From NCBI GenBank assembly GCA_942492335.1, contig CALOEN010000032.1:71510-135509 (forward strand): a DNA stretch of 64,000 nt, given 5' to 3'. Below the pieces are notes generated by a model, which worked only from the letters and a program-made list of their open reading frames with translations, had not been told where the DNA came from and searched no databases. The position numbers and the translations under genes were made by a program. Below are positions 33,144 to 41,873 of the stretch, piece by piece; within the stretch, counting starts at the first letter, position 1; every line of letters begins with the position of its first letter. Origin of the DNA: an uncultured beta proteobacterium (GTDB lineage Bacteria; Pseudomonadota; Gammaproteobacteria; Burkholderiales; SG8-41).

Positions 33144-33934
33144 TGCGACGTTTCCTGTTCCGCCTGCGGCTGATCCTGATGATACCCATCGGCGTGCCCG
33201 CCGGGCTCTATTACAGCCTCGTCGGACGGCGATTCCCTGCGCAGCAACGCTGGCTGCGACTAAACATACCGCGGTTCATCGGACGACTGTTCCTGGCCCT
33301 GTACGGCATACATCCGCGGATTAGCGGCCGGGAACATCTGAGCATCGGGCAAGCGCGCGGCGTGGTGGTGTTCGCCAATCACACCAGCCGTCTGGATCCC
33401 TATGTGTTGTTTGCGCTCCTGCCCTTTCCCTACAAGTCCTTCTGGTCCACCAAAGCCCATGTGACCAGTGAATCCATCGGCTTCGCGCGGCGCTATGGAG
33501 AGGTCTTCGATCTGTTCTTCGTGCACGATAAGAAAGATCCGCGGCGTACCGCCAAGGAGTTCCGTCGCGCTGCCGACTATGTGCGCAGCGGTCACGCCCT
33601 GTCGTTTTTCCCGGAGGGACAGTTTTCCGCCTCCGGCAAGCCCGGCGACTTCGGCGTTGCATGCGCCAAGCTGGCGCTGGCCGCAAAGGCGCCCATCGTG
33701 CCCGTGGCCATCGCGGGGACGGCGCCGTTTTTCGAGGAGCGCGGTCGATTGCGCCGCGGTCCTGTCCAAGTCCTTGTCGGCCCGCCGATCGACACCGATG
33801 ACTTCGGCCCGCGCGACGCTCAGGCGCTTACCCGGCACGTGGAAGCTGTGGTGCAGGCCATGCACGCCGGGATCGGTGCAGCTGCGAATCCCGCACCGAG
33901 CACTGGCGCGCGAGCGGAGTCCGGCAATCCATGA
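33143..33934 (+). CDS. Lysophospholipid/PlsC-family acyltransferase
   Basis: NHTSRLD (HX4D), FFPEG, PIVPVAI. Confidence 0.9.
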   Translation: MRRFLFRLRLILMIPIGVPAGLYYSLVGRRFPAQQRWLRLNIPRFIGRLFLALYGIHPRISGREHLSIGQARGVVVFANHTSRLDPYVLFALLPFPYKSFWSTKAHVTSESIGFARRYGEVFDLFFVHDKKDPRRTAKEFRRAADYVRSGHALSFFPEGQFSASGKPGDFGVACAKLALAAKAPIVPVAIAGTAPFFEERGRLRRGPVQVLVGPPIDTDDFGPRDAQALTRHVEAVVQAMHAGIGAAANPAPSTGARAESGNP

Positions 33935-35427
33935 AAATCGCCTATCATGCCTTCGAAACGGGTCGGGCCAGGGGTGGCGCCTTGTACTTCTATTCCGAGG
34001 TTTCACGCCTATTGGGGGGCCTCCCGCCCCGGACCGCCACGCTTCGGCCCCACGATTTCTTCGATCTGGTGCAGTGGGATTCGTCCCGATTGCGGGCCTT
34101 CGTCGCCGATCTCGGACCCGACGACGTGCTGGTCAGCAACGTCGGGCCCTATGCTCATCTCTATCACTATCTGCGCGAGCGCTATGGTGGCCGCTTCCGC
34201 ATCGTGCGCGACTCGCGCACCAGTTCCTGGGCCGGCTTTTTTCTGCAAGAGGCGTTGGCCGGGCCGCTGACGCGCTCCGCTGATCTGATGTTGTTCCCGT
34301 CGGAGTTCTGCCGCCAGTATTTTCTGCACCTGTTTCCCCGATCCCTGAATCAGGACAACACCGCGGTCTGCTATCCATTAGCGACCTCGTTCCCAGAGTC
34401 CTTGCCACCACGCGGCCCCCGACACGGTTTCGAATTGGGCTATATCGGCCGGGTATCCGATGACAAGAACTTCGATCAAGTCCTCGACGCCTTCGTGAAA
34501 TTGGCGGCGAGTAGCGATGAGCGCATGAACCTGCATGTCGCCGGGGCGATCGATCCCCTGTCACGTTTCGGAACCCCGTGGAGCATGCGCCGGTTCCTGC
34601 GGCGCCACGGCGTGGCTGGTGATCGCCTTGTCTATCATGGCCACATCCCCTATGTCGGAATTTGGGGCTTCTTGCGCGGGCTCGACGTGTTCTTATTCCC
34701 AGCCGTGGCAAGCGTCGAATCACTGGGCCGGGTCTTGCTCGAGGCCCAGTACGCCGGCGTGCCCGTGGTGGCTGCCCATTACGCCGCCGCAGCTGAGATC
34801 CTGCCGGCCGGGAACTTGATCGAGCCGATCTTTCGGAGCGGCGAAGACCTCGCCACCATCGCTTCCTTTTCTCTGGGGCGGGTGAACGAGACCGCGTTGG
34901 TCGAAACCATCGCCCATGCGCGCGTGGGAACGCCCCGGATTCATGCGGCACGCTTTCGCCCGCAGACCTATCTGGACCTGGTGCTCGGCAGGCAGCAGCC
35001 GCAGGCGCCCGTAGCCGTTTCTTCCCAGACGCGCGGCTTCATCGACGCGGCACGGGTTACCGGTCTGCTTCCGGACCTGGCTGCGGAGGAAGTCGTGGCC
35101 TTGGGCGAGGCACTCTGGCCGGCCTTCGCGCGCTACACCGACAATCGCTTGACGGCGCGGCTGCGCGGCTTGTTAAGCGCCCTGCCACCGCAGCCGGGTT
35201 ATCCGCGGCGACGCGCCCAACACCTGGCGCGCTTTGCGCGGCCCGCGACTCGCCCGGATCTAGGAAATGCGCGAGAACACTGCTGGGCCGCGGGTTTCGA
35301 TCCAATCTTGCGCCTCGACCAGGCCATTCTGGCCCGGGCCTTCAATGCGAGGGCTCGCGCAGCGGCATGCCCCGTTGACCCGCAACCCGCGATCTCCGAT
35401 TCCACATTCGCTAACCGAGGAGGCTAG
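33931..35427 (+). CDS. Glycosyltransferase family 4 (GT-B)
   Basis: GYIGRVSDDKNF, ESLGRVLLEAQYAGVPVV. ATGA overlap with the previous gene. Confidence 0.85.
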   Translation: MKIAYHAFETGRARGGALYFYSEVSRLLGGLPPRTATLRPHDFFDLVQWDSSRLRAFVADLGPDDVLVSNVGPYAHLYHYLRERYGGRFRIVRDSRTSSWAGFFLQEALAGPLTRSADLMLFPSEFCRQYFLHLFPRSLNQDNTAVCYPLATSFPESLPPRGPRHGFELGYIGRVSDDKNFDQVLDAFVKLAASSDERMNLHVAGAIDPLSRFGTPWSMRRFLRRHGVAGDRLVYHGHIPYVGIWGFLRGLDVFLFPAVASVESLGRVLLEAQYAGVPVVAAHYAAAAEILPAGNLIEPIFRSGEDLATIASFSLGRVNETALVETIAHARVGTPRIHAARFRPQTYLDLVLGRQQPQAPVAVSSQTRGFIDAARVTGLLPDLAAEEVVALGEALWPAFARYTDNRLTARLRGLLSALPPQPGYPRRRAQHLARFARPATRPDLGNAREHCWAAGFDPILRLDQAILARAFNARARAAACPVDPQPAISDSTFANRGG

Positions 35428-35431
35428 TGTC

Positions 35432-36091
35432 ATGCGCTCGACTATACGCAGTACGTTCCATTGCAAGGCGGTTGGCCCGAACCGGCATGTCATCGGCCAG
35501 GCGGATCCTCGGCTGATCGCCACCGCCTTGGCCGAGATCGGCTCGGTAGAGACTTGGCCAAGGGTGAAGCGCGACGACCACCATATCCTCGATCAGGGCC
35601 GTTCTCTGATCATGCGCGACGAGCGCCATCGGGACAGCGAGCTTCGCGGCCGCTTTCCAAGTATCGAGAAACTGGTCGATCAGGTGCTCGATCTGGACTT
35701 CGGTAGCATTCCGGCCAAGATCGTCTGCGCGTATCTACCGCCGGGTAAGGTCATTAAGCCGCACAAGGACGGAGGCCAGTATTACACCTTCCATAACCGC
35801 ATTCATGTGCCGCTAGTGACCAATTCGCAAGTGACCATGACGGTGGACGGCGAGCAGTTCGCAATGGATGTTGGCGACATTTACCTGTTCCAGAACTTAC
35901 GCCGCCATGCCGCCAGCAACGAGGGTACGGAGGGCCGCATCCATTTGATCGTGGATGTACTGGATCCGCGGTATTCGGTGGACCTTTACCATCGCCTGTG
36001 GTGGCCGCTGATGTTGAATTTTCTCGGCACGGCATCGGCCTATCGCTGGCTGCGCTATCGCGCCGTCGAGCGCGATCCGGCTTTGGCCTGA
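35432..36091 (+). CDS. Aspartyl/asparaginyl beta-hydroxylase family 2OG-Fe(II) dioxygenase
   Basis: LPPGKVIKPHKD, RIHVPLVTN, N...HAASN, RIHLIVD. GAGGAGG RBS. Confidence 0.88.
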   Translation: MRSTIRSTFHCKAVGPNRHVIGQADPRLIATALAEIGSVETWPRVKRDDHHILDQGRSLIMRDERHRDSELRGRFPSIEKLVDQVLDLDFGSIPAKIVCAYLPPGKVIKPHKDGGQYYTFHNRIHVPLVTNSQVTMTVDGEQFAMDVGDIYLFQNLRRHAASNEGTEGRIHLIVDVLDPRYSVDLYHRLWWPLMLNFLGTASAYRWLRYRAVERDPALA

Positions 36092-36132
36092 GTGACGCGC
36101 ATCACAGCACCGCGCGCGCCGCAGGCTCGAAC

Positions 36133-37305
36133 ATGAACATCCTACATTTGACCTTCACCTATCCGGACGCGATCACGCCCCGGACGACGCTGGCCATCGA
36201 GCGTCTGATCGCCAGCGCTGAAGGTTTCGCCGAAAATCACTGCGTCAGCTTGCACAACGGTTTCCCGCGTGTTCCCGCCGGTTCGACGCATCACGCCGAC
36301 CACACGATCGTGGTGGCCTGGGGGCCTCCCCTGCGCCTGGGGCTGCGTTGGTTCCTGGGGCGCTGCCGGCGCGTGCTGGAGGCTAGCGGCCTCGACTTGA
36401 CGCGCTTCGACCTGATCCACGCCCATTGTCTGACCCGTGAGGGCCTGCTCGCCGCGGCCCTGGCGGCACGCCTGGACCTACCTTATTGCCTATCCATACG
36501 TGCCACGGATTTTCAAATGTTGGCGCTCAAACCCTACTTGCATCGGCGCTACGAGCACATATTGCGCGGGGCGCAGCGCATTGCCGTCATCGCCCCATGG
36601 CTGGCCGAGCGCCTGCGCGAATCCTATGCCGCGGCCTGGGACGACGCGTTGGAGGAGAAACTGGTGTTGCTGGGCAACGTGGTGGACGGCGAGCCACGGA
36701 CACGCACGGCGCACAACGGACGCTATGTCATGCCTATCGCGATCAACAAGAGTCAGCTCAAACGCAAAAACGTTGCGCGCACGCTCAAAGCCATTGCCGA
36801 ATTGTCCGCCCGCGGCCAACGCATCGAGCTGGACATTCTTGGCGACGGCAGCGGCACCGCACGGGTCGGCGCCGAACTTCGACGACTCGGCTTGCAGGAG
36901 CAAGTGCGCCTGCCGGGTCATGTGCCGCATGCGATCATGCTCGACCGGCTGGCCGATTACAAGGCATTGTTGCTCTGCAGCTATCCGGAAACCTTCGGGC
37001 TGGTCTACCTGGAGGCGCTGAACGCCGGAATCCCCATCGTCCACGCCCGCAACACGGGTGTGGATGGCATGTTCACGGATTTCGCCGTCGGCATCGCTGC
37101 CAACCATAAACGCAGCGATGCCATTGCCGCGGCGCTGATGCGCATGGAGGCCGATTTTGGCCGTTACAAAGCTGAAGTTGCCCGCTTGCAGGCGGCCGGT
37201 GGCTTGCGTGCCTTCAATTCCGATCGCTTTGCCGCGCGCTTGCACAACGAACTGTATGGCGTGACGGCCGCACGTAACGCGGGAGCGATGCCGGCATGCT
37301 CCTGA
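36133..37305 (+). CDS. Glycosyltransferase family 4 (GT-B)
   Basis: DLIHAH, ETFGLVYLEALNAGIP. Confidence 0.9.
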   Translation: MNILHLTFTYPDAITPRTTLAIERLIASAEGFAENHCVSLHNGFPRVPAGSTHHADHTIVVAWGPPLRLGLRWFLGRCRRVLEASGLDLTRFDLIHAHCLTREGLLAAALAARLDLPYCLSIRATDFQMLALKPYLHRRYEHILRGAQRIAVIAPWLAERLRESYAAAWDDALEEKLVLLGNVVDGEPRTRTAHNGRYVMPIAINKSQLKRKNVARTLKAIAELSARGQRIELDILGDGSGTARVGAELRRLGLQEQVRLPGHVPHAIMLDRLADYKALLLCSYPETFGLVYLEALNAGIPIVHARNTGVDGMFTDFAVGIAANHKRSDAIAAALMRMEADFGRYKAEVARLQAAGGLRAFNSDRFAARLHNELYGVTAARNAGAMPACS

Positions 37306-37943
37306 CGCTGCGCAATCCGTTGCGACAACCGGCCAAGCTTCTGTACGGGCGTGTGCGCCACTTTCTCGGGCCCGCACGGCCTAAGGTGTTCGGTATCGGC
37401 CTTTCACGCACCGGGACCAAGAGCCTCCATCAGGCCTTGCGCGTGCTCGGTTATCACAGCGATCATTTTTCCACCCAGATTCTGCGCCTGCGCGACGGGC
37501 ATTTGGACTTGCACCTGAGGCGCGCCGAGGCTTTCGACGCCCTCACGGACGTCACCGCCGCCTATTTTTTCCGAGAACTGGACCGTGCCTTTCCCGGATC
37601 GCGCTTCGTGCTGACGCTGCGCGATCCGGAGGCTTGGCTGCGCTCCTGCGCGCGCCATTTCCCGCCACTGCAACCGGGTCGATGGCCTCATGGGGTGTCG
37701 AAGGTGCTGCTGCTGCGCGAGGCCGTATACGGCGGGGAGAGCTTCGACGCCGAACGATTTCGCGCCGCCTACGCGGCCCATATGGACGCGGTCCGGACCC
37801 ATTTCGCCCGCCGCCCCGGCGACCTGCTCGAGCTCGACGTCACCCGTGGCGACGGTTGGTCGCCCCTCTGCCGTTTTCTCGGCATGGACATACCCGGGCA
37901 GCCCTTTCCCTGGGCTAATCGCGCCGGACCGAATTCGCCATGA
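37296..37943 (+). CDS. Sulfotransferase family protein (P-loop type)
   Basis: KVFGIGLSRTGTKSL, FVLTLRDPEAWLRS, GWSPLCRFLG, PFPWAN. Confidence 0.88.
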   Translation: MLLTLRNPLRQPAKLLYGRVRHFLGPARPKVFGIGLSRTGTKSLHQALRVLGYHSDHFSTQILRLRDGHLDLHLRRAEAFDALTDVTAAYFFRELDRAFPGSRFVLTLRDPEAWLRSCARHFPPLQPGRWPHGVSKVLLLREAVYGGESFDAERFRAAYAAHMDAVRTHFARRPGDLLELDVTRGDGWSPLCRFLGMDIPGQPFPWANRAGPNSP

Positions 37944-38028
37944 GCACCGAGGGACAGGCCAGCCCGCTCCCACGAATTCGACCATGATTCGTCAACTTCA
38001 AGCAACTTCCCGAGCGGGATCAACAACC

Positions 38029-39000
38029 ATGAACGATATCATCGAACCCTTGCGAAAACAGATTTGGGACAGGCTGGGCAGGGACACCATTCATGCCCTG
38101 CACCGGGAGAATCTCATCCTCGATTACTCCGCGCTGGCGGGCCTGTTCGCGCTGTTCGCCGGATTGGCCGCCGCCCTGGCGACCCTGCCGCTCGGTCCGC
38201 TGTGGCTGCTGTGCCTGATCTTGCAGGGTTTTCTGATCCAGATCTTTGCGCTGGCCAATCACGATCTGTTCGTGCATCGGCGAGTCGTTCCCGCACCCTG
38301 GTCCTATGCGTTGAGCGTTGCGCTTACAACACCGGCCCTGCTCAGCGCCACCCGCTATCATTACGGCCATCATGCCCATCATCGGCACCTGGGGGGCAAC
38401 GGCGATTCAGAGCTGTTCAAGATCGACATCGACACCACTTGGAGGCGCGTGCTCTATTGCACCTTTCTCGGCATCAAGCTTACGGAGGCCGGACGCTTCA
38501 CACGTCGGCAGCGCAAGATCGATCCGCCCATCATTCGCCCCGACATGGTCGAAGTACGCCGGCGCATTCGCTTCGAACGCCATCTGGCGACGGTGTGGCT
38601 GCTGGCCATCGTCGCCTTGGCCTTTGTCTGGCCCAATCTGATGATCTTCGGCTATCTGTTGCCGCTGTTGTTAGTTACACCCATAGCCAATACCCTACGC
38701 ACCATCCTGGAACACTCCGAGTTCGAGCCCGCGCAGGCATTCTACATCAACTGCTTTTACCGCACGGGCTGGCTCACGCGACCGCTGTTTTTCTGGGACA
38801 GCGGCGATTGCCACCTGGTGCATCACATTTTTCCGCGCATCCCCTTCTATCGTATCGGCGCGGCGCTCGAGCACATGCGTCCCATATTCCTCGAGGCCGG
38901 CGTCGTGGAACGTCGCAATCTTTGGGTCCTGCTTTGGCAATGGCTAATGCGGCCACATCCTTATCGGACGCCGCGACAGCAACTCGTTGCCGCCGACTGA
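38029..39000 (+). CDS. Fatty acid desaturase family protein
   Basis: Three His boxes: HDLFVH, HYGHHAHH, HLVHH. Alternative start at 37984. Confidence 0.9.
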   Translation: MNDIIEPLRKQIWDRLGRDTIHALHRENLILDYSALAGLFALFAGLAAALATLPLGPLWLLCLILQGFLIQIFALANHDLFVHRRVVPAPWSYALSVALTTPALLSATRYHYGHHAHHRHLGGNGDSELFKIDIDTTWRRVLYCTFLGIKLTEAGRFTRRQRKIDPPIIRPDMVEVRRRIRFERHLATVWLLAIVALAFVWPNLMIFGYLLPLLLVTPIANTLRTILEHSEFEPAQAFYINCFYRTGWLTRPLFFWDSGDCHLVHHIFPRIPFYRIGAALEHMRPIFLEAGVVERRNLWVLLWQWLMRPHPYRTPRQQLVAAD

Positions 39001-39015
39001 GCCGCGAGCCATCCG

Positions 39016-40902
39016 ATGTGCGGCATCTGCGGAATCCTCGGCTTGGACGGCGCGCCGGTTTCGGGGCAAGAGATTCGGAGCATGTTGGCTTGGATGCGCC
39101 ATCGTGGTCCCGACGATCAAGGCTTGTTTCAAGCCCCGGGAATCGGTCTGGGCTTCGTGCGCCTGAGCGTCCTCGACCTGTCAACGGCCGGTCATCAGCC
39201 CATGCACAGTCCCGACGGGCGCTACGTCATGGTTTACAATGGCGAGGTCTACAACTACTTGGAGCTGCGAACGCTCTTGCAGGCGCGCGGGCACCGCTTT
39301 CATTCGGGAACGGACACCGAGGTCGTGCTCGCGGCCTTCACGGAATGGGGATTGGCTTGCCTGCATCGCTTCAACGGGATGTTCGCTTTCGCCGTTTACG
39401 ACAAGCGTGATCGCCGCCTGGTATTGGTCCGTGACCGCTTCGGCGTCAAGCCCCTGTATTTCGCCCGCATCGGTCAGCGCTTGGCCTTCGCATCGGAGAT
39501 CGCTCCCTTGCTGCAATGGCTGCCGCATCGGCGTATGCAGCCCCAAGCGGTATTCGATTACTTGGTGCACGAGCGCATGGATCACACATCCGCGACGTTC
39601 TTCCAGGACGTTGTTAAGCTCGGTCACGGCCATAGTCTGCAAGCCGCGGACGGCCGAGTCACCACGTCGCGTTGGTATCGTCTCCGCGACCGTTTGCAGG
39701 AGCCACCGGCAGACGCCGAGGCATTTTTGGCGACCTTCGAGGACGCACTGAGGCTGACCCTGCGTAGCGATGTTCCCTTGGGGGTTTCTCTGAGCGGCGG
39801 CCTCGACTCCAGCAGCATCGCCTGTATGCTACATGATCGCCTGGACGTGCCAGACGTGCAGACGTTCTCGGCGGTGTACGGACGAGGCCACCCCGGCGAC
39901 GAATCCGCCTACTTGGACCTGCTGTCGCCTCGCCTCGCGTCCATGCACTTCATACAGCCCAGCGCTGAGACCCTGATGGCCGACTTGGATCAGTTTCTGG
40001 CCGCGCATCAAGAGCCCGTACCGCGGACCGGGCCCTATGCCCAATTCAAAGTCATGCAACTAGCTCAGGGCCGAGTCACCGTCACCTTGGACGGGCAAGG
40101 TGCGGATGAGATGCTGGCCGGATACAAACAGAATCTCGGCTTCTATTTTCAGGGCTTACTGCGTGCCGGGCGTTACCGTGAACTAGCCCACGAGCTCCGC
40201 CATACCCTGGGTGGCGACGGGGCACGCGGGGCGCTCGCCGCGGGTCTTGCGGGTATGATGCCAAAGCGGTTACAGGCGGATCTATTGCGCCGGCAAAGGC
40301 CTGAGGTGAGTGCTGGCTGGTTTACCGAGTACGCGGCCAGCAGCCCGGTTCCACGGCTGTTGCTGGACGCGCCGGACCTGCGCTCGGCGTTGCAGGCTAT
40401 GTTGGAGCACAAGCTGGAGCATTTGCTCAAATGGAGTGACCGCAACAGCATGTGGTTTTCCATCGAATCACGCGTGCCATTTCTGGATCACCGCCTCGTC
40501 GAACACACCCTGAGCCTGCCCGACCACTGGATCATTCGCCACGGATTGAGCAAGTACATCCTGCGCGAGGCCATGCATGGCCTTCTGCCCGAGGCCATTC
40601 GCACCCGCCGGGATAAGATCGGCTTCGGCACGCCGGAGAACGACTGGTTGCGCCGACCGGCGTGGATCGAGCTGACCCGCGAGGCCTTGAATTCGGGTTT
40701 TTACCGCGATTATCCGATCATCGACTTGACCGCCGCACGGCACATTCATGACCGGCATCTGGCCGGCCGGTGCAATGCCGCGCGCAAGATCTGGAAATGG
40801 ATAAACCTCTATCTCTGGCACCGGCGCTTCCTGTCTCAAGCGCCACCCATGCCCGAACCGCAAGCCGTGACGATTCCGCTAGAAAGCACGACAGGTCCAT
40901 GA
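39016..40902 (+). CDS. asnB: Asparagine synthase (glutamine-hydrolyzing)-like amidotransferase
   Basis: MCGICG Ntn start, HRGPD, NGEVYNY, LSGGLDSS, DGQGADE, ESRVPFLD. Confidence 0.96.
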   Translation: MCGICGILGLDGAPVSGQEIRSMLAWMRHRGPDDQGLFQAPGIGLGFVRLSVLDLSTAGHQPMHSPDGRYVMVYNGEVYNYLELRTLLQARGHRFHSGTDTEVVLAAFTEWGLACLHRFNGMFAFAVYDKRDRRLVLVRDRFGVKPLYFARIGQRLAFASEIAPLLQWLPHRRMQPQAVFDYLVHERMDHTSATFFQDVVKLGHGHSLQAADGRVTTSRWYRLRDRLQEPPADAEAFLATFEDALRLTLRSDVPLGVSLSGGLDSSSIACMLHDRLDVPDVQTFSAVYGRGHPGDESAYLDLLSPRLASMHFIQPSAETLMADLDQFLAAHQEPVPRTGPYAQFKVMQLAQGRVTVTLDGQGADEMLAGYKQNLGFYFQGLLRAGRYRELAHELRHTLGGDGARGALAAGLAGMMPKRLQADLLRRQRPEVSAGWFTEYAASSPVPRLLLDAPDLRSALQAMLEHKLEHLLKWSDRNSMWFSIESRVPFLDHRLVEHTLSLPDHWIIRHGLSKYILREAMHGLLPEAIRTRRDKIGFGTPENDWLRRPAWIELTREALNSGFYRDYPIIDLTAARHIHDRHLAGRCNAARKIWKWINLYLWHRRFLSQAPPMPEPQAVTIPLESTTGP

Positions 40903-41810
40903 AGACTCACGACATCGCGGTATCGGTCATTGTCCCGACCCACGACAGCCGTCCCGGCCTGGACGCCTTACTCGGATGGCTCCGCGCGCAAACGCTGTCC
41001 AATGAACTGTACGAGGTCATCGTGGTCGATGACGGCTCTCGGGACGGTAGTGCGGAGATGGTGCAGCGCGAACACCCCTGGGTGCGCCTGATCCGACAGC
41101 GTCGCCGTGGTGCCTATCACGCGCGCAGGACGGGCGTGGAAGCCAGTCGCGGAGCCATGTTGGCATTCACCGACGCCGACTGCGTTCCAAGCGCCGATTG
41201 GCTGGAGCGAGGACTGGCCGGGGTGACCGATGAGCGGTTGGACCTCGGTGCCGGGCGTGTCGATGTCAGCATTGCAAACCCCGGTTCGGTAGTCGAACGC
41301 TACGATGCGCGCTTCAATCTGAAACAGGCATATTATGCGACCCGGGCCGGCTTCGGCGTGACCGCGAATCTCTTCGTCTCGCGCGCCGTTTACCAGCGCG
41401 TGGGCGGCTTCAATGCAAGCCTGTATTCGGGCGGGGATCAAAAATTCTGTCACGATGCGATCACCGCAGGCGCTCGCCTGGGTTATCTGCCCGCAGCGGC
41501 CGTCAGCCATCCGGCGCGGCGCACTCGGCGAGAACTGATGCGCAAGACCGTTCGCGTCGCCAAGGGGCGCGCCCAGGCTTTTCCAAGTCCGCATTACTAC
41601 TTCCCTCGGCTGCTGTCGGCCTTGCCCGCGGCCTATGGCGACATGCGATTCGCCAGTGAGCCCATGGGCTTCAAGCTGCGCTTCATTGCGCTTCATTACT
41701 GGCTCGAGGTTATCCGTATCGCCACCTACACGGGCTCGCGTCTGCAGCGATTCGCGGCGCCCGCTAGCGAGCCAGTGATCGGTGAGCGTCCGCCGAACTA
41801 CGAGGATTGA
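40899..41810 (+). CDS. Glycosyltransferase family 2 (GT-A)
   Basis: VSVIVPT, VVDDGSRD, FTDAD, GGDQ. Confidence 0.92.
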   Translation: MKTHDIAVSVIVPTHDSRPGLDALLGWLRAQTLSNELYEVIVVDDGSRDGSAEMVQREHPWVRLIRQRRRGAYHARRTGVEASRGAMLAFTDADCVPSADWLERGLAGVTDERLDLGAGRVDVSIANPGSVVERYDARFNLKQAYYATRAGFGVTANLFVSRAVYQRVGGFNASLYSGGDQKFCHDAITAGARLGYLPAAAVSHPARRTRRELMRKTVRVAKGRAQAFPSPHYYFPRLLSALPAAYGDMRFASEPMGFKLRFIALHYWLEVIRIATYTGSRLQRFAAPASEPVIGERPPNYED

Positions 41811-41873
41811 CTTTTGTATGGTCGTGGTTTCGGAACAAACTCTTATTGACCAATGTCCACTGAAAACTGCCCA

